Shown one piece after another: positions 52,424 through 62,403 of a DNA stretch of 64,000 nt. The stretch's first letter is position 1. Each line of letters starts with the position of its first letter. The notes beneath the pieces are model-generated. The model did not search any database. It saw nothing but the letters and a program-made list of their open reading frames with translations, and was not told the DNA's origin. Source of the DNA: an uncultured delta proteobacterium. GTDB lineage: Bacteria > Desulfobacterota > Desulfobaccia > Desulfobaccales > 0-14-0-80-60-11. The stretch is taken from NCBI GenBank assembly GCA_963773285.1, contig CAVZAM010000013.1:3393-67392 (forward strand), in the 5' to 3' direction. Both the position numbers and the translations under genes were made by a program.

Positions 52424-53509
52424 TCAGCTGTGGCCATGGCATGCCAGCAATATATCCAGCAGCCTTGCCGCGTTGGCGGCGGCATCGCCTATCTCCCGGG
52501 CAGCCGGGTCTTGCGGCCGGAAGGCTTCCAGGGAACCCTCTCCGGCCAAACCTTGCAAGAGCTCTCGTAACCGCAGGCGCAGTTGGGGGTCGGCGGCAGC
52601 CTCCACCAGGCTGTGCGGATACAGGCGCCGGTGGAGTTCAACATTGCTGGTAAAAATCCCCGGCTTCCCCAACGCCGCGGCCAGAAAGGCGATGCGCCCC
52701 AGGACGCTGAAGCGGGGCAGGGTGATCACTGCATCGCAGCTGCCCAGAAAGCGCAGGAATTGGGGGTAAAGTTTCTTGCCCACCAGGACCGCGCCGAGCC
52801 GCCGCCCAAACCCCGATTGCTTCCAGGCCAGCCGGTCCTCCCGGGAATATACCATGCCGAAGAACTGAAAGCGCCGGCGCGTTGCCGGCCTCATCCCGGC
52901 CAGGGCCTCCGCTACCCAATCCTCCAGGAGGTGGGGGTCGTTGGCGGCAATGCCGGTAAAGCGCAGTGGCACCCCGAGCAACACCCGTATTTTGCCCGCC
53001 GCGGCGTTAGATGGCCGGCCCAGACCCAGGCGGCGGGTGGTGGCATAGTCAAAGGACCAGGGTATGACCCGGGCCACTTCTGCACCGGCCAGTTCATCGG
53101 CAAAGTTGGCCGCGGCCGGGGAATACGCCCAGACCTGGCCGGCGGTCTGCAGGAGCCGGCGGGCCAGGCGGGTGGCCTCCTCATTGGCATAGGCCCGGAA
53201 CACCTCCGGCGGGCCGGTGATAACCACCAGTTTACCGGGGTCCTCGGCCGCCAGATCAAGGGGGTAGCGGAGTTGACTGACGCCGGCATGCAACTCCGTG
53301 AAAATATACGTGTATTTTTTCGGGTCGATTTTTTGCCCCAGGGCCAAAAAGTCCACCTTGCCGGCCCCCAGCCACACCGGCAGGAAAGCTGCGTCCGGGT
53401 ACACCAGCCCCTGCCAGCGCATGAGGGTGTGTTTGGCCCGCACCAGAAGGTGCCGCCAGGGCGTGTCCCCCATAGTGATAAAGGCTGCCGCCGGAATCGG
53501 TGTGGACAT
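52424..53509 (-). CDS. Hypothetical protein of the EPS locus
   Basis: Clean 361-aa ORF between AsnB-GT9 and a methyltransferase. No motif recognised. Confidence 0.45.
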   Translation of the reverse strand: MSTPIPAAAFITMGDTPWRHLLVRAKHTLMRWQGLVYPDAAFLPVWLGAGKVDFLALGQKIDPKKYTYIFTELHAGVSQLRYPLDLAAEDPGKLVVITGPPEVFRAYANEEATRLARRLLQTAGQVWAYSPAAANFADELAGAEVARVIPWSFDYATTRRLGLGRPSNAAAGKIRVLLGVPLRFTGIAANDPHLLEDWVAEALAGMRPATRRRFQFFGMVYSREDRLAWKQSGFGRRLGAVLVGKKLYPQFLRFLGSCDAVITLPRFSVLGRIAFLAAALGKPGIFTSNVELHRRLYPHSLVEAAADPQLRLRLRELLQGLAGEGSLEAFRPQDPAAREIGDAAANAARLLDILLACHGHS

Positions 53510-53513
53510 GTTC

Positions 53514-54425
53514 TCAAGCGCGGGCGATGGCCTTCAGGGTATCGCCCCGGGCCGGTTTAAAAAAGTGGCCTCTGGTTATCAGGCCGGATGTGTGTCTCAA
53601 TCTGGAAAAGAAGAACTGATGGGGATATTTGGTCCACAGGTTGAATGTATGGAACTCAGCTTTTCTGAGCAATGCTGTTATGGTATCCGGCTCGAAAAAC
53701 CAGAAATGGACCGGAAAGCTGAGGCCCTCCCAATGGCGGCCCAAAATATAAAAGAAGGCACTGGCAATGTTAGGGACGGCTAGATGTAATTCGCCACGTG
53801 GCTTTAATACGCCCAAGCATTTCTTCAACACCGACAGAGGGTTTTGAAAGTGTTCAAGACTGTGATTCAAAACCACGACATCAAATGACCCGGGCATTAT
53901 ATTCACGTCAAGGACATTTCCATGGATGACGTTCACATTATTTTTTTTGGCCATTGCCACGGCTCTGGCGTCAAAATCAATTCCCAGGACCTCAGCTCCC
54001 CTGGACTGCCAGTAAATAAGCAGATCGCCGAACCCGCAGCCGATATCCAGGATGCGGGGCGGGACTTCTCTATCCAATGAGACATTAATATCAAACAGGT
54101 AATCCCCGGCGATCTGGAACAGGGGGTTCAATAACCGGAGGGCTTTGCTCCTTTGGGGAGCCTTGGACGCGCCATCGCGCCATAGGTCCCACAGGGCCTG
54201 TTTCAACCGTGAGCGCTGGCGGCCAAGGTAAGCTTCGTAATCGGCAGCATAATAGCCCGGGATTATGTCCGGCCCCGGCCGGGGCCACAGTCTCTTTAAG
54301 CCGCACCCCCGGCATGCCCGGATGAAGGCGGCGCCGCCCGGCGCGTCGGCGTGGGGCAGCCTCAGGATGTCGGTCCCTGCCGTGTCGCCGCAGAGGTCAC
54401 ACGCCGGGAAAACCCAACCGCTCAT
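53514..54425 (-). CDS. Class I SAM-dependent methyltransferase with N-terminal Cys4 zinc-ribbon-like motif
   Basis: MSGWVFPACDLCGD...CRGCGL, then motif I ILDIGCGFGDL and VVVLNHSLEHF. Lower GC than its neighbours. The upstream part of the 421-aa track ORF overlaps the next gene and is rejected. Confidence 0.75.
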   Translation of the reverse strand: MSGWVFPACDLCGDTAGTDILRLPHADAPGGAAFIRACRGCGLKRLWPRPGPDIIPGYYAADYEAYLGRQRSRLKQALWDLWRDGASKAPQRSKALRLLNPLFQIAGDYLFDINVSLDREVPPRILDIGCGFGDLLIYWQSRGAEVLGIDFDARAVAMAKKNNVNVIHGNVLDVNIMPGSFDVVVLNHSLEHFQNPLSVLKKCLGVLKPRGELHLAVPNIASAFFYILGRHWEGLSFPVHFWFFEPDTITALLRKAEFHTFNLWTKYPHQFFFSRLRHTSGLITRGHFFKPARGDTLKAIARA

Positions 54426-54429
54426 GTTC

Positions 54430-55476
54430 TCAGTGCTCGTCCTTGCCGTGGCCTGGAAAAATCTGGTGCAGGAGTCCCGCCAGCCGCTCGATATTGCTGT
54501 AGCCGCCCTCCAGGCAGCGCCGGTGGCCGGCTGCGGCAATGGCCAGGCGTTGGTCCGGGTGGCCGAGATAATACCGCACTTTCTCCAGCAATTCCTCCCG
54601 TGACCCGAAAAATTCGGCCTCCACCCCCTCCCGGAAAAGGCGCTGGTGCTCACCGGTGCGCTCCGCCAGCATAAAACCGCCGCAGGCCGGGATCTCAATG
54701 CTTCTGGTGGTCTGCAGGTCCCGATTGCCCTTGTGCAAGAAGGCGAGATTAATGTCGAAGGCGCAGATGGCCCGGGCATAGTCGTCGCCCCACACCGGCT
54801 CCCCCGGGACCTCGAGGTTGGGGTGACGGTGCTGCCAGCGCCGGGGCCATTGCCCCCAGACCTTCACCGGCAGGTTATGCTCGGCCAGAAAGGCCAGGAG
54901 TCTCGCCCGGGGCTCTTCGAACTGGCCGATGAAACCTATCTGGCCCCCAAAGCGCTCTTGGTCGGCGGGGGTAAGGGGCAGGGGCCGGTGCACGAGGGGG
55001 CAATAGGCGTTATCCAGGAAAAGCACCCTTGGCGCCCCTGCCGCCCGCAGTTCGGCGACGTTGTAGCTCTTGGTGGTGACGTGCAGGTCGTAAAGCGGGA
55101 TGCCAGCTCTATAGTGCCGGGACTGGTTTCTGGGATTCATCATGTCATCAGGGGAATATGACAGCCGCACCAGCCTGGGGGCCAGGGATTTCGCCATCCT
55201 GAGGGTTTCGGGCCAAACTGTCAGTCCCTTGTCCACCCATAGCACCCGGGGCTGCTCCTTTTTGACCAGTTCCAGGATCCGGGCATTGACCCGGGCCAGA
55301 TCCCTGGGCCCCAGGAGCCGGCGCCGAACCCGCTCCATGAAATATAACTCCCGGTTCGCCACCTCCGGGGGGCAGGTGTCCACGGGAAAGATGTTAAGGC
55401 CCAGTTGCTCGAGCGCGGCAAGTCTTTGCCGGCAGGTGCCGCCGTATACCAGAGGGCCCACGTAAATGATGTTCAT
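54430..55476 (-). CDS. CgeB-family glycosyltransferase-like protein
   Basis: MNIIYVGPL... and C-terminal GGFMLAERTGEHQRLFREGVEAEFFGSREELLEKVRYYLGHP, typical of CgeB/DUF3880-Glyco_trans_1_2 proteins. Confidence 0.6.
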   Translation of the reverse strand: MNIIYVGPLVYGGTCRQRLAALEQLGLNIFPVDTCPPEVANRELYFMERVRRRLLGPRDLARVNARILELVKKEQPRVLWVDKGLTVWPETLRMAKSLAPRLVRLSYSPDDMMNPRNQSRHYRAGIPLYDLHVTTKSYNVAELRAAGAPRVLFLDNAYCPLVHRPLPLTPADQERFGGQIGFIGQFEEPRARLLAFLAEHNLPVKVWGQWPRRWQHRHPNLEVPGEPVWGDDYARAICAFDINLAFLHKGNRDLQTTRSIEIPACGGFMLAERTGEHQRLFREGVEAEFFGSREELLEKVRYYLGHPDQRLAIAAAGHRRCLEGGYSNIERLAGLLHQIFPGHGKDEH

Positions 55477-55522
55477 AAAACGGCAAGTCCCTCAGGCGGA
55501 GGAGCAAATTTTGCCGGTACCA

Positions 55523-56359
55523 TCAGCGCCTGAGCCCGGCAAACCGGAAGACGGTCCCCGGCCGGGGGGGATAAAAAAGGCCCCGCCAGCCAAAGCGCCC
55601 ATACCGGGAAAGCACGAAAAACAGCGGGCTCAGGAGAACTACCTGCCAGGGGCTGACTCCGGCCAGGGCGTGGAGGCGGCGCCGGACCTTTTGTTCAATA
55701 GCCGGGAGCTCAGGAACGTCGAGGGTCACCCGGCCCTCATGTTCAGTGAATTCGCCGAGATAGGCATCAAGACGCTGCCACCGCCTGAGGCTGAGAGAGA
55801 GGCGGCCGAACCAGTCGAAGTCCATGGCGTAGCGCCGGCACAAAACCTCGTCCAGCTCCCCGGTTTGCCGGTGCAAGGCGGCCTTCCAGAAGGTGGCCTC
55901 GGAAAAGAGCAGCCCTGAGGCGTACAGGGCGTAGGGCCGGGGATGGAGGGCCGGCTGCCGCAGGCGCTTCACTTCGCAGCCCCGCCGGTCCACCACCACC
56001 CGGTGCCCGAAAACCATCTCCAGGTCCGGCTCCCGGGCAAAGGCTTCCCCCACCCGGCGGAGGGTCCCGGCGCGGTAGCGTTCGTCGCAGTTCAGCCACC
56101 CGAAGACCTCCCCGTCTGCCAGGCGGAAGCCCTTGTTGAGGGCCTGGGTCTGGCCCTCGTCCTGCTCCGACACGTAATGGCTCACCACGTCCCGCCGGGC
56201 TTTCAGCAAGTCCACCGTGCCGTCGGTGCTGCCGCCGTCCACCACGATGACTTCCAGGTGCGGGTACGCCTGTCCGGCCAGGGAGTCCAGGGCCCGCTCC
56301 AGGAAACGCCGCTGGTTAAACGACGGGATGACGATGGAGAAACGGGGCAGGGGGTTCAT
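55523..56359 (-). CDS. Glycosyltransferase family 2
   Basis: FSIVIPSFNQRRFLERAL and VIVVDGGSTDGT. The start ATG overlaps the upstream TGA (ATGA). Confidence 0.85.
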   Translation of the reverse strand: MNPLPRFSIVIPSFNQRRFLERALDSLAGQAYPHLEVIVVDGGSTDGTVDLLKARRDVVSHYVSEQDEGQTQALNKGFRLADGEVFGWLNCDERYRAGTLRRVGEAFAREPDLEMVFGHRVVVDRRGCEVKRLRQPALHPRPYALYASGLLFSEATFWKAALHRQTGELDEVLCRRYAMDFDWFGRLSLSLRRWQRLDAYLGEFTEHEGRVTLDVPELPAIEQKVRRRLHALAGVSPWQVVLLSPLFFVLSRYGRFGWRGLFYPPRPGTVFRFAGLRR

Positions 56360-57216
56360 GGTTTGTCCACCACAAACAGGGGATATTGCCCCAGTCTCCC
56401 CAGGAGGCCGGGATAACGCTCCTCCAGCCGATAGATAGCCGCCAGCAGACGCTTCCCCCCCAGGGCGGCGTGGATGTATCCCTTGAGAAAACCGACGCTT
56501 AGGCTTCGCCAGACCAAGATGCTGTAAGGCACCTCGGGCTTGATGTTTGCTTCGAACCACCTGAGATTGTGGGCATGAAAATATAAACCGGGGACTTGGG
56601 CCGGCGGCCTTGATGCCCCGCCAGCCGCGATGCGGCGCCGCACGTAGCGGACCAGCCGGCCGGGAAAGGCTATAATTTTAAGGGGCCAGGAGAGCAGGTT
56701 CATGAGCAGGGCATGATCTCCCCAGTTATAAACAATGACCGCCCTGCCTCCGGGTTTCAGCACCCGGTAGAGTTCCCGCCAGGCCTGGGCCTGTTCGGCG
56801 GCCGGCACGTGGTAGAGGGTGTGCAATGAGACGACGGCCGCCACGCAACCGGACTTGAAGGGCAGGTTGACGACGTCGGCGGCTACGTACAAACCCCGGT
56901 CGCCCAGCCGGTCCCGCGCCTCCCTTAAGGCTGTCAGGGAAAGGTCGACGCACAGGCGGCAGCCGAACCGGTCGCCATACGTCAGGTACTCGGCGTATTG
57001 CACGGGGCCCGAGGCCACGTCCAGGAGGAAATCCCCGGGACCGGGCAGGTAGCGGTTCACCCGCAGATGACAGTTCCTGATGTAGTCCCCCGACACCTCC
57101 CGCAGGTCTTCAAAAAGCACCGCATCGGCATACAAGCCCTGGCCGCACTTTTTCCAGCCGGTGTCATCGTAGAACCGTTGGACCTGTTTCTGAGTGGCGC
57201 CCCTGGGTGCAGACAT
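56356..57216 (-). CDS. Class I SAM-dependent methyltransferase
   Basis: LLDVASGPVQY (motif I variant), AADVVNLPF, LKPGGRAVIV. Confidence 0.7.
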   Translation of the reverse strand: MSAPRGATQKQVQRFYDDTGWKKCGQGLYADAVLFEDLREVSGDYIRNCHLRVNRYLPGPGDFLLDVASGPVQYAEYLTYGDRFGCRLCVDLSLTALREARDRLGDRGLYVAADVVNLPFKSGCVAAVVSLHTLYHVPAAEQAQAWRELYRVLKPGGRAVIVYNWGDHALLMNLLSWPLKIIAFPGRLVRYVRRRIAAGGASRPPAQVPGLYFHAHNLRWFEANIKPEVPYSILVWRSLSVGFLKGYIHAALGGKRLLAAIYRLEERYPGLLGRLGQYPLFVVDKP

Positions 57217-57251
57217 ATAGTTTCGCCAATAAATGCAAGAATTATGGTGAA

Positions 57252-58479
57252 TTACCGGCCTGTCAGATTGGCGCCGCCGCGGGAAGGAAGACCGAATAAA
57301 CCCGCCAGGACTTGACTATAGGCCTCGCAGCTGAAATGCTGCCGGTACCGGTCAAGACCCTTCTCCCGCAAGGAACGGCGCAGGTTGTCATCCGCCGCCA
57401 GTCTCTCGAGCGCGGCCGCCAGGGCCGAGCGGGTCGCCTTCGGGGACAATCAGGCCCGCCTCCCCGACCATCTCCGGGATCCCGCCGCTGCTGGAGCCAA
57501 TGACCGGCGTGCCGCAGGCCATGGCTTCGGCGATGACATTGGGGGATTGTTCCACCAGATGCCTGGTGGTAATGGCCGGCAGGACCAGGACATCGAACTG
57601 GGCATACGCGGCCAATAATTCTTCCCGGGGCAGGTACCCGGCAAAGTAAACCCGTTGGGCCAGTGCCGGTCGTTGCAGCCAAGCTTCGAGTTGTGGCCGC
57701 TCGTCCCCGTCGCCGACGATAACCACCTTGAATCTCTCCGGTAATTTTTGCGCGGCTTCCAGGAGAATCCGCCACCCCTTTTGCCTGCTGATGAGGCCGG
57801 CAAAACCCACGACAAAGGTGTTATCAGTTTGCCAGGGCAGGGTAAGCCCCCCGCCGACTGCATCCTCCGGACCCAGTACCGGAATATAACTGACGGTCAC
57901 GGGGACGCGTGCCGGTAAGCCGATGCGCCGCGCGCATTCCATGGATAAAGCAGTTGCAGCAGTAACGCCGTCCAACCGGGGCCAGAGGCACAGTTGCTTG
58001 AGCCGGGTCCTGCTCAGGAAAGGCGGCTGCAATGAAAAAAGAGACTCTTGGTCGCCGTGATTGTAATCGATATGGGCCACCACTTGAGCTCGCCTTTGAA
58101 ACCTGTAGTACCGCAAGAACTGCAGGGCGATGCCCTGGCTGAATTCCTCCCGGATGTAGATATACTTAGGATTGATTTTTTTTAAGACATTTTTTAAGAC
58201 AGAATAGTCGAAACCATATTGTGCGACGTTATTATGCCCTGGTGGAATAAAATGGACTTTGAGAGGTGTTGATTTGGTATCAAAATCATGGCAGCTGAAT
58301 TTGCCGTTTTTATACCAAACCGGACTGTCCTTATACTCCGTGGGCATGATGACATGACCGTGCAGACCATGTTCACCCACCAGCAGCTCAATGGGGCGCA
58401 GCCAGTGGCGATGATAAGGCCTGTTGCTGGTAAACAGGAAATCAGCCATTTTTCTTGAAAATCGCCGGGGAAACTCCAA
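57252..58479 (-). CDS. Glycosyltransferase family 4 (frameshift near 57420)
   Basis: FAGLISRQKG, VEQSPNVIAEAMACGTPVIGSSSGGIPEMV, and a C-terminal tail in the second frame (57252-57449). Confidence 0.8.
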
Positions 58480-59666
58480 TCAACTCCGCAAAATTACCCC
58501 GCATTTTATCGCCATTGAATTCCGTTTGAAAGGCCGCGCTGGCTGCTCGGGAACAGGCCTGCCTGCCGGCGGCATCGGCAATAAACCTATATAGAGAAGA
58601 TACCACCTCCTCCAGGTCAAGGCTGCACACCAGCGTCCCCAGGTTGTATTGATGGATTGTCCGGGTGATGCCGGCATAGGCCGGGCCGTGGTAAAGCACC
58701 GGGCGCCCTGCGGCCAGGTAGGTGGTGAACTTGGTGGGGAAGGAAAACTCGGCGTGGCGGCGTTTTTCCGGGGTAAACCAGTAGGGCAGGTAGCAAAAAT
58801 CGGTGGCCGCCAGGCGGCGAGAGCATTTCGTTTTCGGGGAGCCAGCCCGCTAAGATCACTTCAACCCCGGGGTGGGCATAGGGGAAGCCCTCGCTGCCGA
58901 AAACCATGATTTTAATGGGGGGCAGCCGGCCCTCGGCATTTATGCGGGCGCAAGCCCCCAGAAAGCTCCGCCACGCGTCTTCCCCGTAAACATTGCCGGC
59001 AAAACCCACCAGGACGTCCTCCCGGCGGCGGTGTTCAGGAGCGGCAACCCCGGCCGCGGCTTCGTGGCCGTGCCGCAATATGCTGCTCGTAAGATGGTAA
59101 CGCCTCCGGTAGTCTGCCTGCATGGCTTCGCTCACGGTGCTGATCCTCAGGGCCGCGTGCAGGGCCTCCCGGTAGCGTACCAGGAGGAGCCGCCGGCAGA
59201 AAGGGTCGTAGCCGCCGTCCATGAGCCAGCCGTCGGCGTCGTCCCAGATATGGCCCACCAGGGGAACCTTGAGGCCGGCCGCCACTTTGGCCGCCAAAAG
59301 CAGGGACTCCGCCTGCAGTTCGGCCCACACCAGGTCCACGCCATGACGCCGCCCGAAGGCCACCGCCTGCCGCACCCGGAAGGGGGCTGCCAGGGTAAAC
59401 CCCACCACCCGCAGGAAGGGCAGGGTGAACCGTGCCCCCCGCCAACGGGGTTCAGGGGTGACGGGGGCCAAAAGATATGGCACCCCCTTAAGGGACGGCG
59501 GGGTAAGCCCGGGGTTTGAGCCCCAGGCCGGAGGCTTCATGCTGACGCAGACATAACGGTCCCGGGGGTAGGCGCGGAGGATGGCGTCCTGGACCACCCC
59601 GCCGCCGTGCCGCGTCCCCGGCAGGGAGGTGCTGAGAACCATAAGCTTGGGAACGGTCCCCATCAT
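58442..59666 (-). CDS. Glycosyltransferase-like protein (GT-B-like, tentative; frameshift near 58800)
   Basis: Two frames join: ...VILAGWLPENEML, then ...YLPYWFTPEKRRHAEFSFPTKFTTYLAAGRPVLYHGP. The family is not securely recognised. Confidence 0.4.
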
Positions 59667-60065
59667 GTTTCACTGCACATGGCCAATTTAAGGCCTTCTC
59701 CGGGACGAGGGCGGATTTAACCAGCCAGGCCTTTACCCCAGCCGCATTTTTCAGGATATCAATGAGGTGCACAACCTGTATGGGAAGACCGGTACCCGGG
59801 CTTTCCCAGGCGTGCAATTTAGTCCCCGTAAATACTTTTCGGAATTTTGCCGGCGAAGTTCAACTGAGCCTGGCCCGTCGAGCATGATAACCGCGGTATC
59901 AGCCCGGTCCTGCCCGGCATGGCGGTTAAGCCACCGGCATTATAGCACTGCCAGCCGCGGTTGCAGCTTTTTCTTTGCATAGAGGTGTGGCGTACCGAAC
60001 CGGGGGAGGGCAGGGGGTCGCCCGGTTAATTCGTGGGACCGGTGGGGCTGGTGATGGACCCGTAA

Positions 60066-60093
60066 CAAAAAAGGCAGGGCGCGTGGCCCTGCC
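60066..60093 (-). terminator. Rho-independent terminator of the PEP-CTERM protein gene
   Basis: On the minus strand, GGCAGGGC-CACGC-GCCCTGCC is followed by TTTTTTGTT, about 30 nt after the TAA. Confidence 0.7.
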
Positions 60094-60120
60094 CTGAAAT
60101 GCCCTGGTAAATTACTTGGC

Positions 60121-60906
60121 TTAACTTTTCTTGCTGCGGTAGCCCATAAGGCCCAGGCCCATGAGACCGCTTCCCAGGAGGAGGACGCTGGCCGGCAACG
60201 GCACGGGGGTCAGGGCAGACAAATCGGCCCGGAAAACACATAGCCATTTTCACTAACAGAATCTCTGGTTGAAGGTGTCGGACCAGATCCAGTCATGCGG
60301 CGGGATCTGATGCCGCTTATTCGTCCATCTGTAGTGTGATTAGGGTGAGCATGATACCAGGGATCGTAGGTTGTGTTGCTTGGAACTGCTCCATTGGCGA
60401 GGGCGGCAACAGGCGTTCCCACCCGCCGCCGCTGATAAGACTTTGCACTGTGCTTAGGGTCGGAACAGGATTGGACTTAACGGAAGGGTTGCCGGAAGGC
60501 TTGCCGAGCTATCAGGGGTGGAGTAGATGTAGTGCCACTGGGTGAGGTTGGAATAGAGAGTCTGGTACCCAGGTACGGTGAATTGTCCCAGCCAGGCCTG
60601 GGGATTGCTGTTGGTTGTTGGGAGAGATAAGTCGTTCCATGCCAAGACGTACAAGTATCGATCGGTGTGTACATTTAAGGTGGTAAGCCTGGGTCCAATC
60701 ATTGCCGGTGGCGACCGACGGGGGTCAACTGGCCGTTTGGGCCAGGAATGGTGCCGTCGGCGTTGCCGGTAGTAAAGAATGAAATCGTTGTCCGCGGTAA
60801 GGGTTGCAGTTATGTCATAACCCATGGCGTTGGCTTGGACAGGCGCAACTACCACGGCCAGGGCCAGAATCAGCAGACCACCGAAAATCCATCTCAGGCT
60901 TGCCAT
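60121..60906 (-). CDS. Secreted protein with VPLPA/PEP-CTERM sorting signal (apparent frameshifts)
   Basis: Signal peptide MASLRWIFGGLLILALAVVVAPVQANA. The C-terminal frame reads ADLSALTPVPLPASVLLLGSGLMGLGLMGYRSKKS* (motif, TM helix, basic tail). The body is spread over at least three frames. Confidence 0.65.
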
Positions 60907-61204
60907 CGTATTTTCTCCTCCCGGGGAAGATCCAACTTGCCTTGACCTAAAGATTAAACCAGCCGTGATCTACCTGATATATGCGTTTGGTTTATTAACT
61001 TCCTCCCCCCGGAGAAAGACACAGCTCCCGTTCCCCAAACGGTGGCTGTTCCCCCGGGCAGGCAGGCCAGAGCCGAGGCAACCCGGGAAAAGGAGCGGCT
61101 TGCCAATATTACAATTGGCCTGCCTATAATACCATCCAGTTACCGTCAAGAAGCAATGGTACAAATATACCAAATAAAAATGGTAAAAAACAACCATTTT
61201 CTAA

Positions 61205-61219
61205 GCAAATTACGTGCCA
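61205..61219 (-). promoter_or_regulatory. Sigma-54 (-24/-12) promoter
   Basis: The minus strand reads TGGCACGTAATTTGC, an exact TGGCAC-N5-TTGC. It points toward the PEP-CTERM gene start, about 300 nt downstream. Confidence 0.6.
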
Positions 61220-61426
61220 TTTTGTCGTAGTATAACTATCTGGAATTATTGTCAAAATTAATAGCGCCGCATTTTCGTTCATAGAATGAATCTTTCTTAA
61301 TCCGTAATGTGAACATGGAAGGTCATGATGTTAAAAATTACTTTAAGCTAATGGCGCAGTAGCGCCTTCAAAGAAGGCAGATGTAACCGTAATAAAAGTT
61401 CTTGTTCTCACGCAACAAGAAACGCC

Positions 61427-62368
61427 TTATTTAAACCGGGCCTTGGCCCTTTCCCACCAAGCCCCCAGCAGTCCCCGGCGCCTGAGGCAGGCGGCCAGGG
61501 CAAGGCGGGAAGCCCAGTACCAGCTGTTCACGCGGCTCAATACCTGCGCCGTCTTTACCTTAACGGCCAGCCGGGCACCCCCGGTCTGGCCTGCCCGGTA
61601 AGTAAGGCTGCCCTTGGGGTAACACTCTTTAGGCGGCGTTGCCGTATCACGTAAAGACACCAGCCACTCCTGTGCATAAGGCTCATACGTAACCTTGAAG
61701 GCATTGTGGACCGGCACCTCGCCATATTCCGACCACGCCCATTTCCTGAGGAAATAATCATAATTGATTTTACTGTATTTTCCGGCGGTCACCGCCGAGA
61801 TGGCCGCCCAGGAGGCGTCCGTGGAGGGGGCCAGGTAATTGAGGATGCCATGGATATCCAGGTTTCTGACCCGGATGCCCTGCCTGGCCAGCCGGAAAAT
61901 GTAGTCGTAATCCTCGTAGCCCATGCCCTGGAAGCCTTCGTCGAACCAGCCCACCTGTCTGACCACCTCTTTATTGATGATGACGTGGCTCCAGGATTTA
62001 TTGATGGTGCAAACATCCGGCACCGACTCAAGTCTCTCCAGGTTATGGCGGAACTCCAAATTCATGGTAAGGTCGTCATTGAGCAGGAGGATATGTTGAC
62101 AGGCAGCCATCATGATGAGCCAGTTCCAGGCCCGGGCCAGGGGCTGGTGACTGATGTTGGTCAAATACCTGACCTGGGGAAACTGCGCCAGAAAAGTGGT
62201 GGCTTGCTGTAAGTAGCCGATCTGCTTTTCGAGGTTATGGTGACCGTTCAGGAAGACAATAATATCGTAGTCAGGAAAGATCAGGTTCAGCCGGCGGAGC
62301 AGGGGCTTAAAATACGTGTCGAAGCGGCCCAGATACGTCACCACCCCGATGGAAAAGCGAAAGGCCAT
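61427..62368 (-). CDS. GT-A-fold glycosyltransferase-like protein
   Basis: FSIGVVTYLGRFDTYF, ILLLNDDL (DxD-like) and YEDYDYIFRL. Lower GC than the flanks. Confidence 0.55.
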   Translation of the reverse strand: MAFRFSIGVVTYLGRFDTYFKPLLRRLNLIFPDYDIIVFLNGHHNLEKQIGYLQQATTFLAQFPQVRYLTNISHQPLARAWNWLIMMAACQHILLLNDDLTMNLEFRHNLERLESVPDVCTINKSWSHVIINKEVVRQVGWFDEGFQGMGYEDYDYIFRLARQGIRVRNLDIHGILNYLAPSTDASWAAISAVTAGKYSKINYDYFLRKWAWSEYGEVPVHNAFKVTYEPYAQEWLVSLRDTATPPKECYPKGSLTYRAGQTGGARLAVKVKTAQVLSRVNSWYWASRLALAACLRRRGLLGAWWERAKARFK

Positions 62369-62403
62369 TGCAGACTCTCCTGATGTATTGCCAGTCGTAT
62401 CTC

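Noticed and set aside
53514-54779. Full 421-aa ORF as the methyltransferase gene
   Set aside because: The N-terminal 118 codons overlap the CgeB-like gene in another frame and look like high-GC read-through. The ATG at 54425 (MSGWVFPACDLCG), 4 nt after the upstream stop, is the plausible start.
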